Shown: positions 39,498 through 49,016 of the stretch, in pieces
How positions within the stretch are numbered: position 1 is the stretch's first letter
How the letters are laid out: every line of letters starts with the position of its first letter
Source: Alistipes sp.
Lineage (GTDB): Bacteria > Bacteroidota > Bacteroidia > Bacteroidales > Rikenellaceae
Length of the DNA stretch: 64,000 nt
Assembly (NCBI GenBank): GCA_036651015.1
Contig: JAVVYP010000001.1
Span: forward strand, 22,940 to 86,939
Direction: 5' to 3'
Notes under the pieces: model-generated
What the model was told of the DNA's origin: nothing
The model's database searches: none
Seen by the model: only the letters and a program-made list of their open reading frames with translations
Made by a program: the position numbers and the translations under genes

Positions 39498-40407
39498 CCT
39501 CTTCCAGTATTTTTAGGTAGCTTTCATAACGGGCAACGGTGATCGTGCCCTGTTCGACAGCCGCCACCACGGCACACCCGGGTTCGTGGGTGTGGGTGCA
39601 GTTGTAGAAGCGGCAGGCTGGTGCCACGCGCATCATCTCGGGGAAGTAGTGCGCCAACTCCGCATCGTCGATGTCGATCAGACCGAAGCCCTTGATGCCC
39701 GGCGTGTCGATCACCGCACCGCCACCCGAGAGCGGATACATCGTCGAGAAGGTGGTGGTATGGCGGCCTTTGTGGTGACTCTCCGAGATTTCGCCCGTAC
39801 GGATGTCGAGCGAAGGGTCGATCTTTTGGATAAGGGTCGATTTGCCCACGCCCGAATTGCCCGACAGAAGCGTCGTGTGTCCCGTCAAAAACGCACGAAT
39901 GCGCTCCACGCCAACCCCTTCGGTGGTTGCGACCTCCAGCACCTCGTAACCAGCATCTTCGTAGACCGCGCGAAACGCAGCCACAGCCTCGGCCTCTTGC
40001 AGGTCAATCTTCGAGAGCAGGATGGTCACCGGCACTTTGTAGGCCTCGCAGGTCACCAAAAAACGATCGACAAATTCGGTGGCGGTGGCAGGTGCTCGCA
40101 GCGTGACCATCAGCAACGCCTGATCAATGTTGGCCGCAATGATATGCGACTCTTTGGAGAGGTTCGACGCACGGCGGATGACGTAATTACGGCGCGGCGC
40201 GATGTCACAAATGAGGTAATCGCCCCCATCGCCCGCCTCGTCGGCCTCGCAGGTGACCTCGTCACCCACCACCACCGGATTGGTCGAACGCACACCGCGC
40301 AGACGTAATTTACCCCGAATGCGGCACGAAACCGTCTCGCCGTCGTGCAAGACCTCGTACCAACTGCCGGTCGCGCGAACCACGACCCCTGAAAATCGTC
40401 TATCCAT
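39478..40407 (-). CDS. rsgA: Ribosome small subunit-dependent GTPase A
   Basis: GNSGVGKSTL, GRHTTT, DTPG, CRFYNC.H..EPGC zinc finger. Confidence 0.96.
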   Translation of the reverse strand: MDRRFSGVVVRATGSWYEVLHDGETVSCRIRGKLRLRGVRSTNPVVVGDEVTCEADEAGDGGDYLICDIAPRRNYVIRRASNLSKESHIIAANIDQALLMVTLRAPATATEFVDRFLVTCEAYKVPVTILLSKIDLQEAEAVAAFRAVYEDAGYEVLEVATTEGVGVERIRAFLTGHTTLLSGNSGVGKSTLIQKIDPSLDIRTGEISESHHKGRHTTTFSTMYPLSGGGAVIDTPGIKGFGLIDIDDAELAHYFPEMMRVAPACRFYNCTHTHEPGCAVVAAVEQGTITVARYESYLKILEEDDKYRK

Positions 40408-40413
40408 CTTGTT

Positions 40414-40926
40414 TTATTGCTCTTTTTTTGGTTCTGTCGGCTCCGGCACCTGATCGCCAATCCACTCCAAAAAGGGGAAAAGGTGCTCCGAAACACGCAG
40501 AATGGGACGGTAAGTAATCGACTCATTGAGCAACTGCGCCCGAATGAGTGTATGATCGACGTTGATCTTGGCAAAGGCCGAAAAGAGCACGCTCAGCAGC
40601 AGCACGTATTTCAAGATCGACACCGCTATACCTAATATAATATCGAGTAGCCCGAAACCGGCAAAGTGAAAGAGCTTGCGCACAATTCGTGCAACCAAAG
40701 CCACCGCCAACAGCACCGACAACAGCACCACCACAAAACCGCCAGCTGAGGCAATCGCAGGATCCAACTTCAACAAGGCGCCGACCTGCACACCAAAGCG
40801 CGAAGCCAGCCAAATGCCTGCGACAAGAGCCGCCAGCGAACACACTTGCACTATGAAGCCCTGTCGCCAGCCGTTCCACACGGCCAGAATCAGCAGGATG
40901 CAGACCACCAAATCAATTGTATTCAC
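40414..40926 (-). CDS. cvpA: CvpA (colicin V production) family membrane protein
   Basis: N..D........GWRQGF, G.LD..LG pattern; GTG start. Confidence 0.85.
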   Translation of the reverse strand: MNTIDLVVCILLILAVWNGWRQGFIVQVCSLAALVAGIWLASRFGVQVGALLKLDPAIASAGGFVVVLLSVLLAVALVARIVRKLFHFAGFGLLDIILGIAVSILKYVLLLSVLFSAFAKINVDHTLIRAQLLNESITYRPILRVSEHLFPFLEWIGDQVPEPTEPKKEQ

Positions 40927-41043
40927 GCTAAATTCGCTTTAAGAAACAACACATAATTTACAAAGATAAGATTCTCGTTGCAATATGCGATTCGGATTTG
41001 GTAAAATTTTTGTAAATTTGTCGCAATAAGAATTTGATTGCAG

Positions 41044-43071
41044 ATGAAACGAACCCTAATAATTGCGCTACTCCTTGCCTTTTGCGCCACCGCACAAGCC
41101 CGCGAAGTATTTCCCCTCAACGAGGGCTGGCGCTTCTTTTTCAAAGCAGAAACCAGCAGTGACAACGCGCGCCACGTCACGCTACCCCACAGTTGGAACA
41201 CCGATCCGTTGGCCGAAGGACTCTTCATCGAGAGCACCGGCAACTACCAAAACGACCTGTATATTCCCATTGACTGGGCTTCTAAGCGTCTTTTTGTGAA
41301 GTTCTACGGCGCCCAAAGCGTCGCCGACCTGTTCGTCAACGGCAAACACGCCGGCACCCACCGCGGCGGAGCCACGGCCTTCACCATCGAGATCACCGAC
41401 AAGGTGCGTTTCGGCGCCGACAACGCGCTGCTGATGGTAGTGAGCAACACCTGCCACAACGACGTGCTGCCCACCTCGACCGATATGAATCTCTATGGCG
41501 GACTCTACCGCGAAGCGGAGTTGATCTGCACCGAGCCGACCGCCATATCGCCGCTGCACCTCGGTTCGGAGGGCGTTTTGGTGCACCCCAAAACCGTCAC
41601 CACCGAGCTTGTCACGGGGCAAGTTGAGGTTTACCTGACCACCAAAAACGAAAGCAACGCCACGCTGACCCTCGAAATTACCGATGCCAACGGACGGCGC
41701 GTCTTCACCAAACGCCAACGCACACGCCTCGAAGATCAGCCGACCGTCGTGGCTTTCGAGATCGAAAACCCCACCTTGTGGCGTACGGATCGTCCGGCAC
41801 TCTACACCGTGACGGCCAGCTTGGGCGAACAGCTCACAACCGATCGCGTCTCGGTGCGAACCGGATTCCGCGCCCTTGAATTCACGCCCGACAAGGGGTT
41901 GTTTATCAACGGTATGCGGACACCGATTCACGGCGTCACACTCTACCACGACAACGCCCTTTCGGGCGGCACACTCTTGGGTCGAGACTACGATGCCGAT
42001 CTGGAACAGATCCACGACTTGGGCGCCAACGCCTTGCACTCGGCCGTGATGCCCCACGCCCAATACCTCTACGACCGTTGCGACGAGCAGGGAATGCTGG
42101 TGTGGATCGACACACCGCTGCAACGCGCCTTTCTGAGCGATGTCGCCTACTTTCCGACCCCCCAGTTCGAACAGAACGGACAACAGCAGCTGCAAGAGAT
42201 CATCGCCCAAAATCTGAACCATCCTTCGGTGGTAATGTGGGGGCTGTTTTCGCGACTTTGGCTGCGTGGCGACGATGTGACCGCCTACCTGCGGCGGCTC
42301 AACCAATTGGCACACACGATGGACTCCTCACGTCCGACCGTGGCGTGCAGCGATCAAGACGGGGCTATCAACTTCATCACCGATTTGATTGTCTGGCAGC
42401 AAGATGTGGGTTGGAATCGCGGCTCGACCGACGACATCACGCTGTGGCGCGATCAGTTGCAAAAAAGCTGGTCACACCTGCGTTCGGCCATCAGCTACGG
42501 CGGTAGCGGCATCATCGGACACAAAAGCTACACGGCACAAGCAGCGCCGCGGGCCAACTGGATGCCCGAAGAGCGTCAAACGCGCTTTCACGAAGAGTAC
42601 GCGCGCAACCTGCAAAACGACTCCCTATTTTGGGGGGTATGGATCGGAAATATGTTTGATTATGGATCGGCGCGACGCGCTTATGGGGTCAATAGTCAGG
42701 GACTTGTAACCCTCGATCGACGCGAATGCAAAGACACCTACTACCTCTATCGCACGCTCTGGAACAAACAATCGCCGACGCTTCACTTGGTCGACAAGCA
42801 CCACACACTGCGCGAAGCCGCACGGCAGGTGTTGAGTGTCTACTCCTCGGTCGGCGTGCCCACGCTGCTGGCTGGTCGCGACACGATCGCCTTGCGCGAA
42901 TATGCCACCGGACAATATCGTTCGGATTCGGTGACCCTCCAAGGTCGGGTTCAGATCAAGGTGTCGGCCGGCGCATTGAGCGACAGCGTGACTATGTTTG
43001 TTGGCAACGTTTTAAAACCGAAACGGACGCCGGGCCTTCGGCGAACAACAAGTCCGCAAACGATAAATTAG
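41044..43071 (+). CDS. GH2-fold exported protein, catalytic glutamates apparently absent
   Basis: LNEGWRF, LPHSWN, YGGLYR, LYDRCDEQG, NHPSVVMW, but GLFSR in place of xNE and ISYGG in place of xEYG. Confidence 0.85.
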   Translation: MKRTLIIALLLAFCATAQAREVFPLNEGWRFFFKAETSSDNARHVTLPHSWNTDPLAEGLFIESTGNYQNDLYIPIDWASKRLFVKFYGAQSVADLFVNGKHAGTHRGGATAFTIEITDKVRFGADNALLMVVSNTCHNDVLPTSTDMNLYGGLYREAELICTEPTAISPLHLGSEGVLVHPKTVTTELVTGQVEVYLTTKNESNATLTLEITDANGRRVFTKRQRTRLEDQPTVVAFEIENPTLWRTDRPALYTVTASLGEQLTTDRVSVRTGFRALEFTPDKGLFINGMRTPIHGVTLYHDNALSGGTLLGRDYDADLEQIHDLGANALHSAVMPHAQYLYDRCDEQGMLVWIDTPLQRAFLSDVAYFPTPQFEQNGQQQLQEIIAQNLNHPSVVMWGLFSRLWLRGDDVTAYLRRLNQLAHTMDSSRPTVACSDQDGAINFITDLIVWQQDVGWNRGSTDDITLWRDQLQKSWSHLRSAISYGGSGIIGHKSYTAQAAPRANWMPEERQTRFHEEYARNLQNDSLFWGVWIGNMFDYGSARRAYGVNSQGLVTLDRRECKDTYYLYRTLWNKQSPTLHLVDKHHTLREAARQVLSVYSSVGVPTLLAGRDTIALREYATGQYRSDSVTLQGRVQIKVSAGALSDSVTMFVGNVLKPKRTPGLRRTTSPQTIN

Positions 43072-43594
43072 CTTCGAAAGGTACTCTTTCGGCAAAGACT
43101 TGCACATAGGGTTCGGCCACAAAGGCCGAACCTTTTTTGTTTTTGGGACGCCGATCGCGATCATCCTCACCGGCCACCACATAATCGTCACTCACGCGCG
43201 GCATCGGCAGCTGTGCCAAATCACAGAGCTGCTCGAGCAATGCAAGGTTGTAATCGACCAAAAAAGTGTACTCGTGGCGGTAGAAGGGTTCGAAATACGC
43301 GGCATAGAAGTCGAAATAGGGCGAGGCCTTGTAGGAGGCCACCAAGGCGCCCCAATGTTGGTGTTGCCAGCGTTTGGCGTAGTCGAGACGCACGTCACGC
43401 ATCGGCGTACAGGGACGATTGGCGCGCGCAACGTGCACCGTCAGTTCCGTCACGCCGTCGGCCGCAAGAATCCGCGCACGGTTGCGCTCCGAACGTTTGA
43501 TGAAATGTTCACCCCGATCCACGATGCAATCACTGCGAAGCAATTCGGTAAAATACTCCACCGAAGGCAGATAGGCTATCGGCAGGATGGTCAC
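42992..43594 (-). CDS. WbqC family protein
   Basis: YLP..EY, E.F.KRS.RNR, W...HW....SY..SPYF, LS..DLLF.EGP; GTG start overlaps the ispG stop (GTGA). Confidence 0.88.
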   Translation of the reverse strand: MTILPIAYLPSVEYFTELLRSDCIVDRGEHFIKRSERNRARILAADGVTELTVHVARANRPCTPMRDVRLDYAKRWQHQHWGALVASYKASPYFDFYAAYFEPFYRHEYTFLVDYNLALLEQLCDLAQLPMPRVSDDYVVAGEDDRDRRPKNKKGSAFVAEPYVQVFAERVPFEANLSFADLLFAEGPASVSVLKRCQQT

Positions 43595-45072
43595 GGCTCG
43601 ATCCAATCACCGTTTTCACGGATCACCTCAATGAGCCGCGCCAACGCCTCTTCCTGCGCAATATTGCGACAGACCACCGTGCGCCCTTTGTAGAGGGTAA
43701 TGCGCCCGGGAGCCGCCCCCACATAGCCGTAGTCGGCATCGGCCATCTCACCCGGGCCGTTGACGATGCAGCCCATCACGCCAATGCGCAGATTTCGCAG
43801 GTGCGACGTGCGGGCTTTGATCTGCTCGAGCGTTTGTTGCAGGTCGTAGAGTGTGCGACCACAGCCCGGGCAGGCGATATATTCGGTCTGCGAGAAGCGC
43901 ACGCGCGCCGCTTGCAAAATCAGCAGTTCCACCTGCCGCACCTGCTCCTCGCTGAAGCCCGGCGCCTCAATCCAAATGCCATCGGCCAGTCCATCGAGGA
44001 ACAACACCCCCAAGTCGGCGGCGGCCTTCACAGCCAGCGCTTCGAGCGTGCGCTCTTCGTAACGACGTTTGACCACAACGGGAACCGCCGTCTCCAAATT
44101 GAGAATCGCGGCGCGCAATTCGGCAGTCGGATTGCCCGAGAGAGCCTCGATCACACGAAAGCCCGTGAGCGGCTCGGTGTGGACAACGGGGCAGGTCACC
44201 GCACTGCGGCGGCGGTATTCGGTCGGAGAGTAGCGTTCGGGGTGCAGCACCTCGAACTCGCCCGTGCGGTTGCGAAAATGGTCGACCAACAGCTGCGCCA
44301 CCGGAATTTCGCATTCGGGATCTTCGGTCAGCGACACACGAATCGTGTCGCCGATGCCGTCGGCCAACAACGCTCCAATGCCCACGGCACTCTTGATGCG
44401 CCCCTCGATGCCGTTTCCGGCTTCGGTGACCCCCAAATGAATCGGGTAGTGCATCTGCTCGGCATCCATCGCCTCGATGAGCAGCCGATAGGCCGCCACC
44501 ATAACACGCGTGTTGCTCGACTTCATCGACACCACCACTTGGTCGAAGGCCTGCGCCTTGCAGATGCGCAAAAACTCCATCGCCGAGACGACCATTCCTT
44601 GGGGGGTGTCGCCCCACCGATCGAAAACGCGACGCGCCAACGAGCCGTGGTTGACCCCGATGCGTAGTGCCACACCGCGTTCGCGGCATTGGGCGATCAA
44701 GGCTTCGAACTCGCCGTGCGAGAGACGGTAGTTGCCCGGATTGATCCGCACCTTGTCCACATATTGCGCCGCGATAGCCGCGATTTCGGGAACAAAATGG
44801 ATGTCGGCCACCAGTGCCGTGTCGAAACCATCGGCACGCAGCTGACGCACGATGTCGGCCAGATTCTCGCCCTCACGACGCCCCTGCGCCGTCAGGCGCA
44901 CGATGTGGCCGCCGGCACGATCAATGCGCTCGATCTGAGCGACACTCGCCGCCGTGTCGCAGGTGTCGGTGTTGGTCATCGACTGCACAGCGATGGACTC
45001 GCCACCGCCGATCACCACCCGACCGATGTGCACCGCACAGCTCGGCCGCCGTATAAATTTCGTAAGATCCAT
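43591..45072 (-). CDS. ispG: HMBPP synthase IspG
   Basis: QSMTNT, VADIHF, RINPGN, RIGVNHGSL, HLGVTEAG, GDTIRVSLT, ACPGCGR, MGCIVNGPGE. Confidence 0.96.
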   Translation of the reverse strand: MDLTKFIRRPSCAVHIGRVVIGGGESIAVQSMTNTDTCDTAASVAQIERIDRAGGHIVRLTAQGRREGENLADIVRQLRADGFDTALVADIHFVPEIAAIAAQYVDKVRINPGNYRLSHGEFEALIAQCRERGVALRIGVNHGSLARRVFDRWGDTPQGMVVSAMEFLRICKAQAFDQVVVSMKSSNTRVMVAAYRLLIEAMDAEQMHYPIHLGVTEAGNGIEGRIKSAVGIGALLADGIGDTIRVSLTEDPECEIPVAQLLVDHFRNRTGEFEVLHPERYSPTEYRRRSAVTCPVVHTEPLTGFRVIEALSGNPTAELRAAILNLETAVPVVVKRRYEERTLEALAVKAAADLGVLFLDGLADGIWIEAPGFSEEQVRQVELLILQAARVRFSQTEYIACPGCGRTLYDLQQTLEQIKARTSHLRNLRIGVMGCIVNGPGEMADADYGYVGAAPGRITLYKGRTVVCRNIAQEEALARLIEVIRENGDWIEP

Positions 45073-45192
45073 AATGCTTATCGCTTGAGATACAAAGATA
45101 CGATTTTTTTAAGAAGCACAAGTATTCAAAAACGCCCCCTTGTCAGAATGGGGAGGGTGTCGTTGTTGCATTATTCTGTGCTGTTCTACAAA

Positions 45193-45232
45193 CGAAAAAA
45201 CCTTACGTATCACTGATACATAAGGTTTTTCG
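45193..45232. repeat. AT-rich inverted repeat 3' of tRNA-Gly (terminator and/or att-associated IR)
   Basis: CGAAAAAACCTTACGTATCA-C-TGATACATAAGGTTTTTCG. Confidence 0.7.
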
Positions 45233-45265
45233 CTTAACGTTGCACCCTTTTTCAAAGGCTTCCTG

Positions 45266-45338
45266 AGCGGAAAACGGGACTCGGACCCGCGACCTCAACC
45301 TTGGCAAGGTTGCGCTCTACCAACTGAGCTATTTCCGC
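45266..45338 (-). tRNA. tRNA-Gly (GCC)
   Basis: GCGGAAATAGCTCAGTTGGTAGAGCGCAACCTTGCCAAGGTTGAGGTCGCGGGTCCGAGTCCCGTTTTCCGCT forms a cloverleaf. Confidence 0.96.
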
Positions 45339-45407
45339 AATAAGTGTTTCAGAACGTTTGTTACTTCGCCACTGGCACCTGTGTTTCAGAACGTTAAGTT
45401 TTCCCGG

Positions 45408-45477
45408 CTTGCCAAGGTTGAGATGTTGATCTCCTCTTTGGGGCAAGGTTGCGCTCTACTTCCTGAGCTATTTCCGC
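45408..45477 (-). pseudogene. Rearranged tRNA-Gly fragment (5' half plus inverted anticodon arm)
   Basis: 45442-45477 is 33/36 identical to the tRNA 5' half; 45408-45422 is an inverted exact 15-nt copy of the anticodon arm. Confidence 0.75.
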
Positions 45478-45618
45478 GAGGTGTATTTGCCAATTGCGAG
45501 TGCAAAGATAAGCAAAAAAATTGTAATTCCAAATTTTAGGGACGATAGCACCAAAAATTGCTAATTCAGATAATAATGTATAATTTTGATCCGATTTTAG
45601 AAGCTGTTTTAAAACTTA

Positions 45619-46296
45619 ATGATTATGGCGCAAATACTTCAACGATTTAAAACTTGGTGCACAAAACGTGTGATTGCGGTCACTCATATGATTCATCGAA
45701 AGAGGTTGAAGCGGAGGTTGAAAAATCAAAATTTCTCGATTCTTGCCAATAATTGCGTTGGGGTAATCATTTTACACGATTTGCGATTGCAGTTTAATTC
45801 GCCGACGATCAATCTGTTTTTTCCCTCTGATGACGAATTTATCACCTATTTGGAGTATCTGCCTTTCTATGTTAAGAGCCAGCTCGAAGAGTGGAAAATG
45901 CCTGATTACAGCTGCCCTGCCGGCATTTTGAAAGGCAACACAGAGCAGGGAGGGGGCATTCCGGATATTCATCTCTGTTTTTTGCATTACCAAACGTTTG
46001 CCGATGCTAAAGATAAATGGGTTACTCGAACAGCGCGCATTCACTTCGACAATATCTATATTATGATGGATGCAAAAAAGCTTACCGATGAATTATTAGC
46101 CCATTTTGAAAAACTACCCTACGCCAACAAGCAGATACTAACTTATGGCAAACAGTGGAATCACCCACTGGTGCATACGATGCAATCTATTGAGAAACAC
46201 GTTATTGGTAAAATATTATGGTTTAAAGGATTGTCGGGTCGCCGCTATCTCGATGAATTCGATTTCGTGTCTTTCTTAAATCGTCCTTCTCATTAG
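45619..46296 (+). CDS. DUF1919 family protein (exopolysaccharide-locus associated)
   Basis: FSILANNCVG..I.HDL.L.FNSPTINL, I.FLHY..F..A..KW..R..RI, FDFVSFLN; visibly AT-rich. Confidence 0.85.
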   Translation: MIMAQILQRFKTWCTKRVIAVTHMIHRKRLKRRLKNQNFSILANNCVGVIILHDLRLQFNSPTINLFFPSDDEFITYLEYLPFYVKSQLEEWKMPDYSCPAGILKGNTEQGGGIPDIHLCFLHYQTFADAKDKWVTRTARIHFDNIYIMMDAKKLTDELLAHFEKLPYANKQILTYGKQWNHPLVHTMQSIEKHVIGKILWFKGLSGRRYLDEFDFVSFLNRPSH

Positions 46297-46341
46297 AAAC
46301 TGTTTTCTTGAAAAACACACGCTAAATCGTATCTTTGCCCT

Positions 46342-47325
46342 GTGAAAGATGCAATAGAACTTTTTGTGACCCTCGGCGAACGGCTGCGCGATTTCGGTCA
46401 TAACGACGCTACGCAACGAGTTATAGCGTGTGCCTGCGAGGCCAACGGCTGGTTTACACCTGCCGAAATTTGTCGTGCCATATCCGCCCTTTCAGCACAA
46501 ATGCTGCGTCGCGATGCCTTGTGTGCGTGGCTAAAACCTTATGCTGTGCCTGTCGCTGTGCCGCGCAGGGTATTGGTGGTTATGGCCGGGAACATTCCGT
46601 TGGTTGGTTTTTTTGACCTGCTGTGTGTGTTGGCAAGTGGACACCGCTGCCTGATCAAACCATCGTCCAAAGATAGCGTGCTGATGGAGTACATTATCAA
46701 TCTACTGCACGACATTGCCCCCGAAACGGCGGTGGAATTATACGACGGGGACGCGCCTGTCGATGCGGTAATTGCCACAGGAGGAGATGACGCAAATCGT
46801 TATTTCAAAGCACGTTACGCTGGTATTTCTTCGCTTCTACGAGGCAGCCGATCTTCGGTTGCAGTGTTGTCCGGCCACCAAACGAAGGAGCAGTTGGCCG
46901 CACTCTCCGACGATATTTGGGCATATTCGGGATTGGGTTGTCGCAATGTGTCGTTGATTTTTCTACCCGAAGGCTGCGAGCTGAAGCTACAAATGCCCAC
47001 GATGAACGCCAAATATCGCAACAACTACGTGCAGACGCGGACGCTGCTCGCAATGACCGGCCAATCCTTTGTGGATTTGGGTACGGCCGTCGCCCTCGAA
47101 CAGTGCGCATTTCCCACGGCGTTGAGCCAAATCGCCTATGCGCACTATCGAACAATAGCGGAGGTCGAGGCGTGGTTATCGGCGCACGACACAGAGCTGC
47201 AATGTGTTGTCTCGGAGTGCGTGCAACACAGCCGCTGCGTGCGATTCGGATGTGCGCAAGCGCCCACATTGACCGATTATGCCGACGAAAAGGATGTTAT
47301 TGCCTTTTTGGTTGCACTGAATTGA
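46342..47325 (+). CDS. Acyl-CoA reductase (LuxC-like)
   Basis: NGWFT, VMAGNIPLVGF.D, K.SSKD, VIATG, GLGCRNVS, FG.AQ.P.L.DYAD. Confidence 0.88.
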   Translation: MKDAIELFVTLGERLRDFGHNDATQRVIACACEANGWFTPAEICRAISALSAQMLRRDALCAWLKPYAVPVAVPRRVLVVMAGNIPLVGFFDLLCVLASGHRCLIKPSSKDSVLMEYIINLLHDIAPETAVELYDGDAPVDAVIATGGDDANRYFKARYAGISSLLRGSRSSVAVLSGHQTKEQLAALSDDIWAYSGLGCRNVSLIFLPEGCELKLQMPTMNAKYRNNYVQTRTLLAMTGQSFVDLGTAVALEQCAFPTALSQIAYAHYRTIAEVEAWLSAHDTELQCVVSECVQHSRCVRFGCAQAPTLTDYADEKDVIAFLVALN

Positions 47326-47370
47326 CAAAATGTATTATATTTGTAGTACTCATTTTAAAACTTTACTGCC

Positions 47371-47880
47371 ATGTCTATGGTTTTTCAATTCCGTATGTTG
47401 AGCGACGAAAACGACAATTTCGTCCGCGATTACGAAGTGTTGTATGATATGACGCTGCTTGATTTTCACCAATTTATCCTCCACACGCTCGAATACGAAG
47501 CGTGTATGGCGTCATTTTTCACCGCCGACAAACTTTGGGAGAAACTGCGCGAATTCACCTTGGTCGATATGGGCGAAAATACCGAAAATGCACCGCTGCC
47601 AATGGAAACGGTGACGCTGGGACAAATTATTCACAAAATTGGAGATCGGTTGATTTATCTCTTTGATTTGTTCGGTGACCGTGCCTATTTTCTCGAATTG
47701 ACAGGCGTGAGTGCCGCGGTCAAAGGGGCTAAATATCCGCGTGAAATTTATGCGCAAGCCGATGCCCCCGACCAATACGATCCGTCGAAGATGCGTGGTG
47801 ACGATGACGGTTCAATCTTCGACGAGGTAATGGACGATTTCAGCGATTTCGAGGGCGATGACCAATACGACGACGCGTAA
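47371..47880 (+). CDS. pRiA4b ORF-3-like conserved protein with acidic tail
   Basis: F.R.......F.RD.E....TL.DFH..I, ASFF....WEK..E, LIY.FD; usual position before miaA. Confidence 0.75.
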   Translation: MSMVFQFRMLSDENDNFVRDYEVLYDMTLLDFHQFILHTLEYEACMASFFTADKLWEKLREFTLVDMGENTENAPLPMETVTLGQIIHKIGDRLIYLFDLFGDRAYFLELTGVSAAVKGAKYPREIYAQADAPDQYDPSKMRGDDDGSIFDEVMDDFSDFEGDDQYDDA

Positions 47881-48775
47881 AAAACTCGTTGTACTGGTCG
47901 GGGCAACCGGCTCAGGCAAGACGGATCTCAGCATTCGCCTTGCTCGTCATTACGGCGCCCCAATCCTATCGACCGACTCGCGGCAAGTCTATCGTGGTAT
48001 GGCGATCGGCACGGCACAGCCAACCGACGAACAGTTACAAACCGTTGAACATCACTTCATAGCCTCTCACGACATAGTCTCAAACTTGAACTGTGGCGAT
48101 TACGAAACACAGGCGTTGGCGCGACTCGACACACTCTTTGCGCAGCATAATGTGGTGGTGGCTGTCGGCGGCTCGGGGCTTTATGTGCGAGCGCTCTGCG
48201 AGGGAATGGACGACCTGCCGCCCGTTGATCAACAGTTGCGCACGGAACTCGCTGCGCGGCTCAATGCGGAGGGACTCTCGTCGCTTGCCGCACAACTCGA
48301 AGCACTCGATCCGCACTACTATGCGCAAGTCGATCGCAGCAATGCTGCACGCGTGGTGCGCGCCCTCGAAGTGTGTTTGCAAACGGGTCGCCCCTACTCA
48401 GAATTGCGGACGGGCGAGCGGCGAACACGCCCCTTTGATATCTTGAAAATCGGTATTGATCTGCCCCGTGCACAGCTCTACGAGCGCATTAACCGGCGCG
48501 TCGATCAGATGCTGGTCGATGGTTTGGAGGCCGAGGCACGGGCGTTGTACCCACAGCGCGCGCTCAACGCGTTGCAGACGGTCGGGTACCGCGAATTTTT
48601 CGATTATTTCGACGGGCTGATCAGTTACGATCAGGCTGTGGAACTTATCAAGCGCAATTCACGTCGTTATGCCAAGCGGCAATTAACTTGGTTCAGGCAC
48701 GATACCCAGATCCGCTGGTTCGCTCCCGACGACGATGCCGCAATGATAAATCTGATAGATTTTGGCGGTTTTTGA
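47858..48775 (+). CDS. miaA: tRNA dimethylallyltransferase
   Basis: GATGSGKT, DSRQVY..M.IGTA, GGSGLY, TVGY.E, RRYAKRQLTWF. Confidence 0.96.
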   Translation: MTNTTTRKKLVVLVGATGSGKTDLSIRLARHYGAPILSTDSRQVYRGMAIGTAQPTDEQLQTVEHHFIASHDIVSNLNCGDYETQALARLDTLFAQHNVVVAVGGSGLYVRALCEGMDDLPPVDQQLRTELAARLNAEGLSSLAAQLEALDPHYYAQVDRSNAARVVRALEVCLQTGRPYSELRTGERRTRPFDILKIGIDLPRAQLYERINRRVDQMLVDGLEAEARALYPQRALNALQTVGYREFFDYFDGLISYDQAVELIKRNSRRYAKRQLTWFRHDTQIRWFAPDDDAAMINLIDFGGF

Positions 48776-48828
48776 AAATTTATCCAAATTTTTTGTACTT
48801 TTGCCAAGTCTTTCGCTGAAAGACGGCT

Positions 48829-48914
48829 GCTCGGATGGTGGAATAGGTAGACACGCCGGACTTAAAATCCTGTGATCAGTAATGGTCGTGCGGGTTCGAT
48901 TCCCGCTCCGAGTA
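48829..48914 (+). tRNA. tRNA-Leu (TAA)
   Basis: GCTCGGATGGTGGAATAGGTAGACACGCCGGACTTAAAATCC, long variable arm, GCGGGTTCGATTCCCGCTCCGAGTA. Confidence 0.95.
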
Positions 48915-48979
48915 CGGAACAACATTAAGAATCAACACATTAAACATATTGTTGGATCGAATGTTGTGTGATATTCAAA

Positions 48980-49014
48980 AGATAGCCCCGGACGTTTACC
49001 GTTCGGGGCTATCT
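48980..49014. terminator. Hairpin between tRNA-Leu and convergent sensor kinase
   Basis: AGATAGCCCCGGACG...CGTTCGGGGCTATCT. Confidence 0.75.
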
Positions 49015-49016
49015 CA

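Noticed and set aside
42992-43071. 80-bp convergent overlap of GH2-like and wbqC 3' ends
   Set aside because: Tail-to-tail overlaps with low-conservation termini are common; no evidence of function.
47371-47880. Mobile element suggested by a pRiA4b ORF-3 / IS-passenger type annotation
   Set aside because: No transposase or repeats; overlaps miaA as a housekeeping-like unit.
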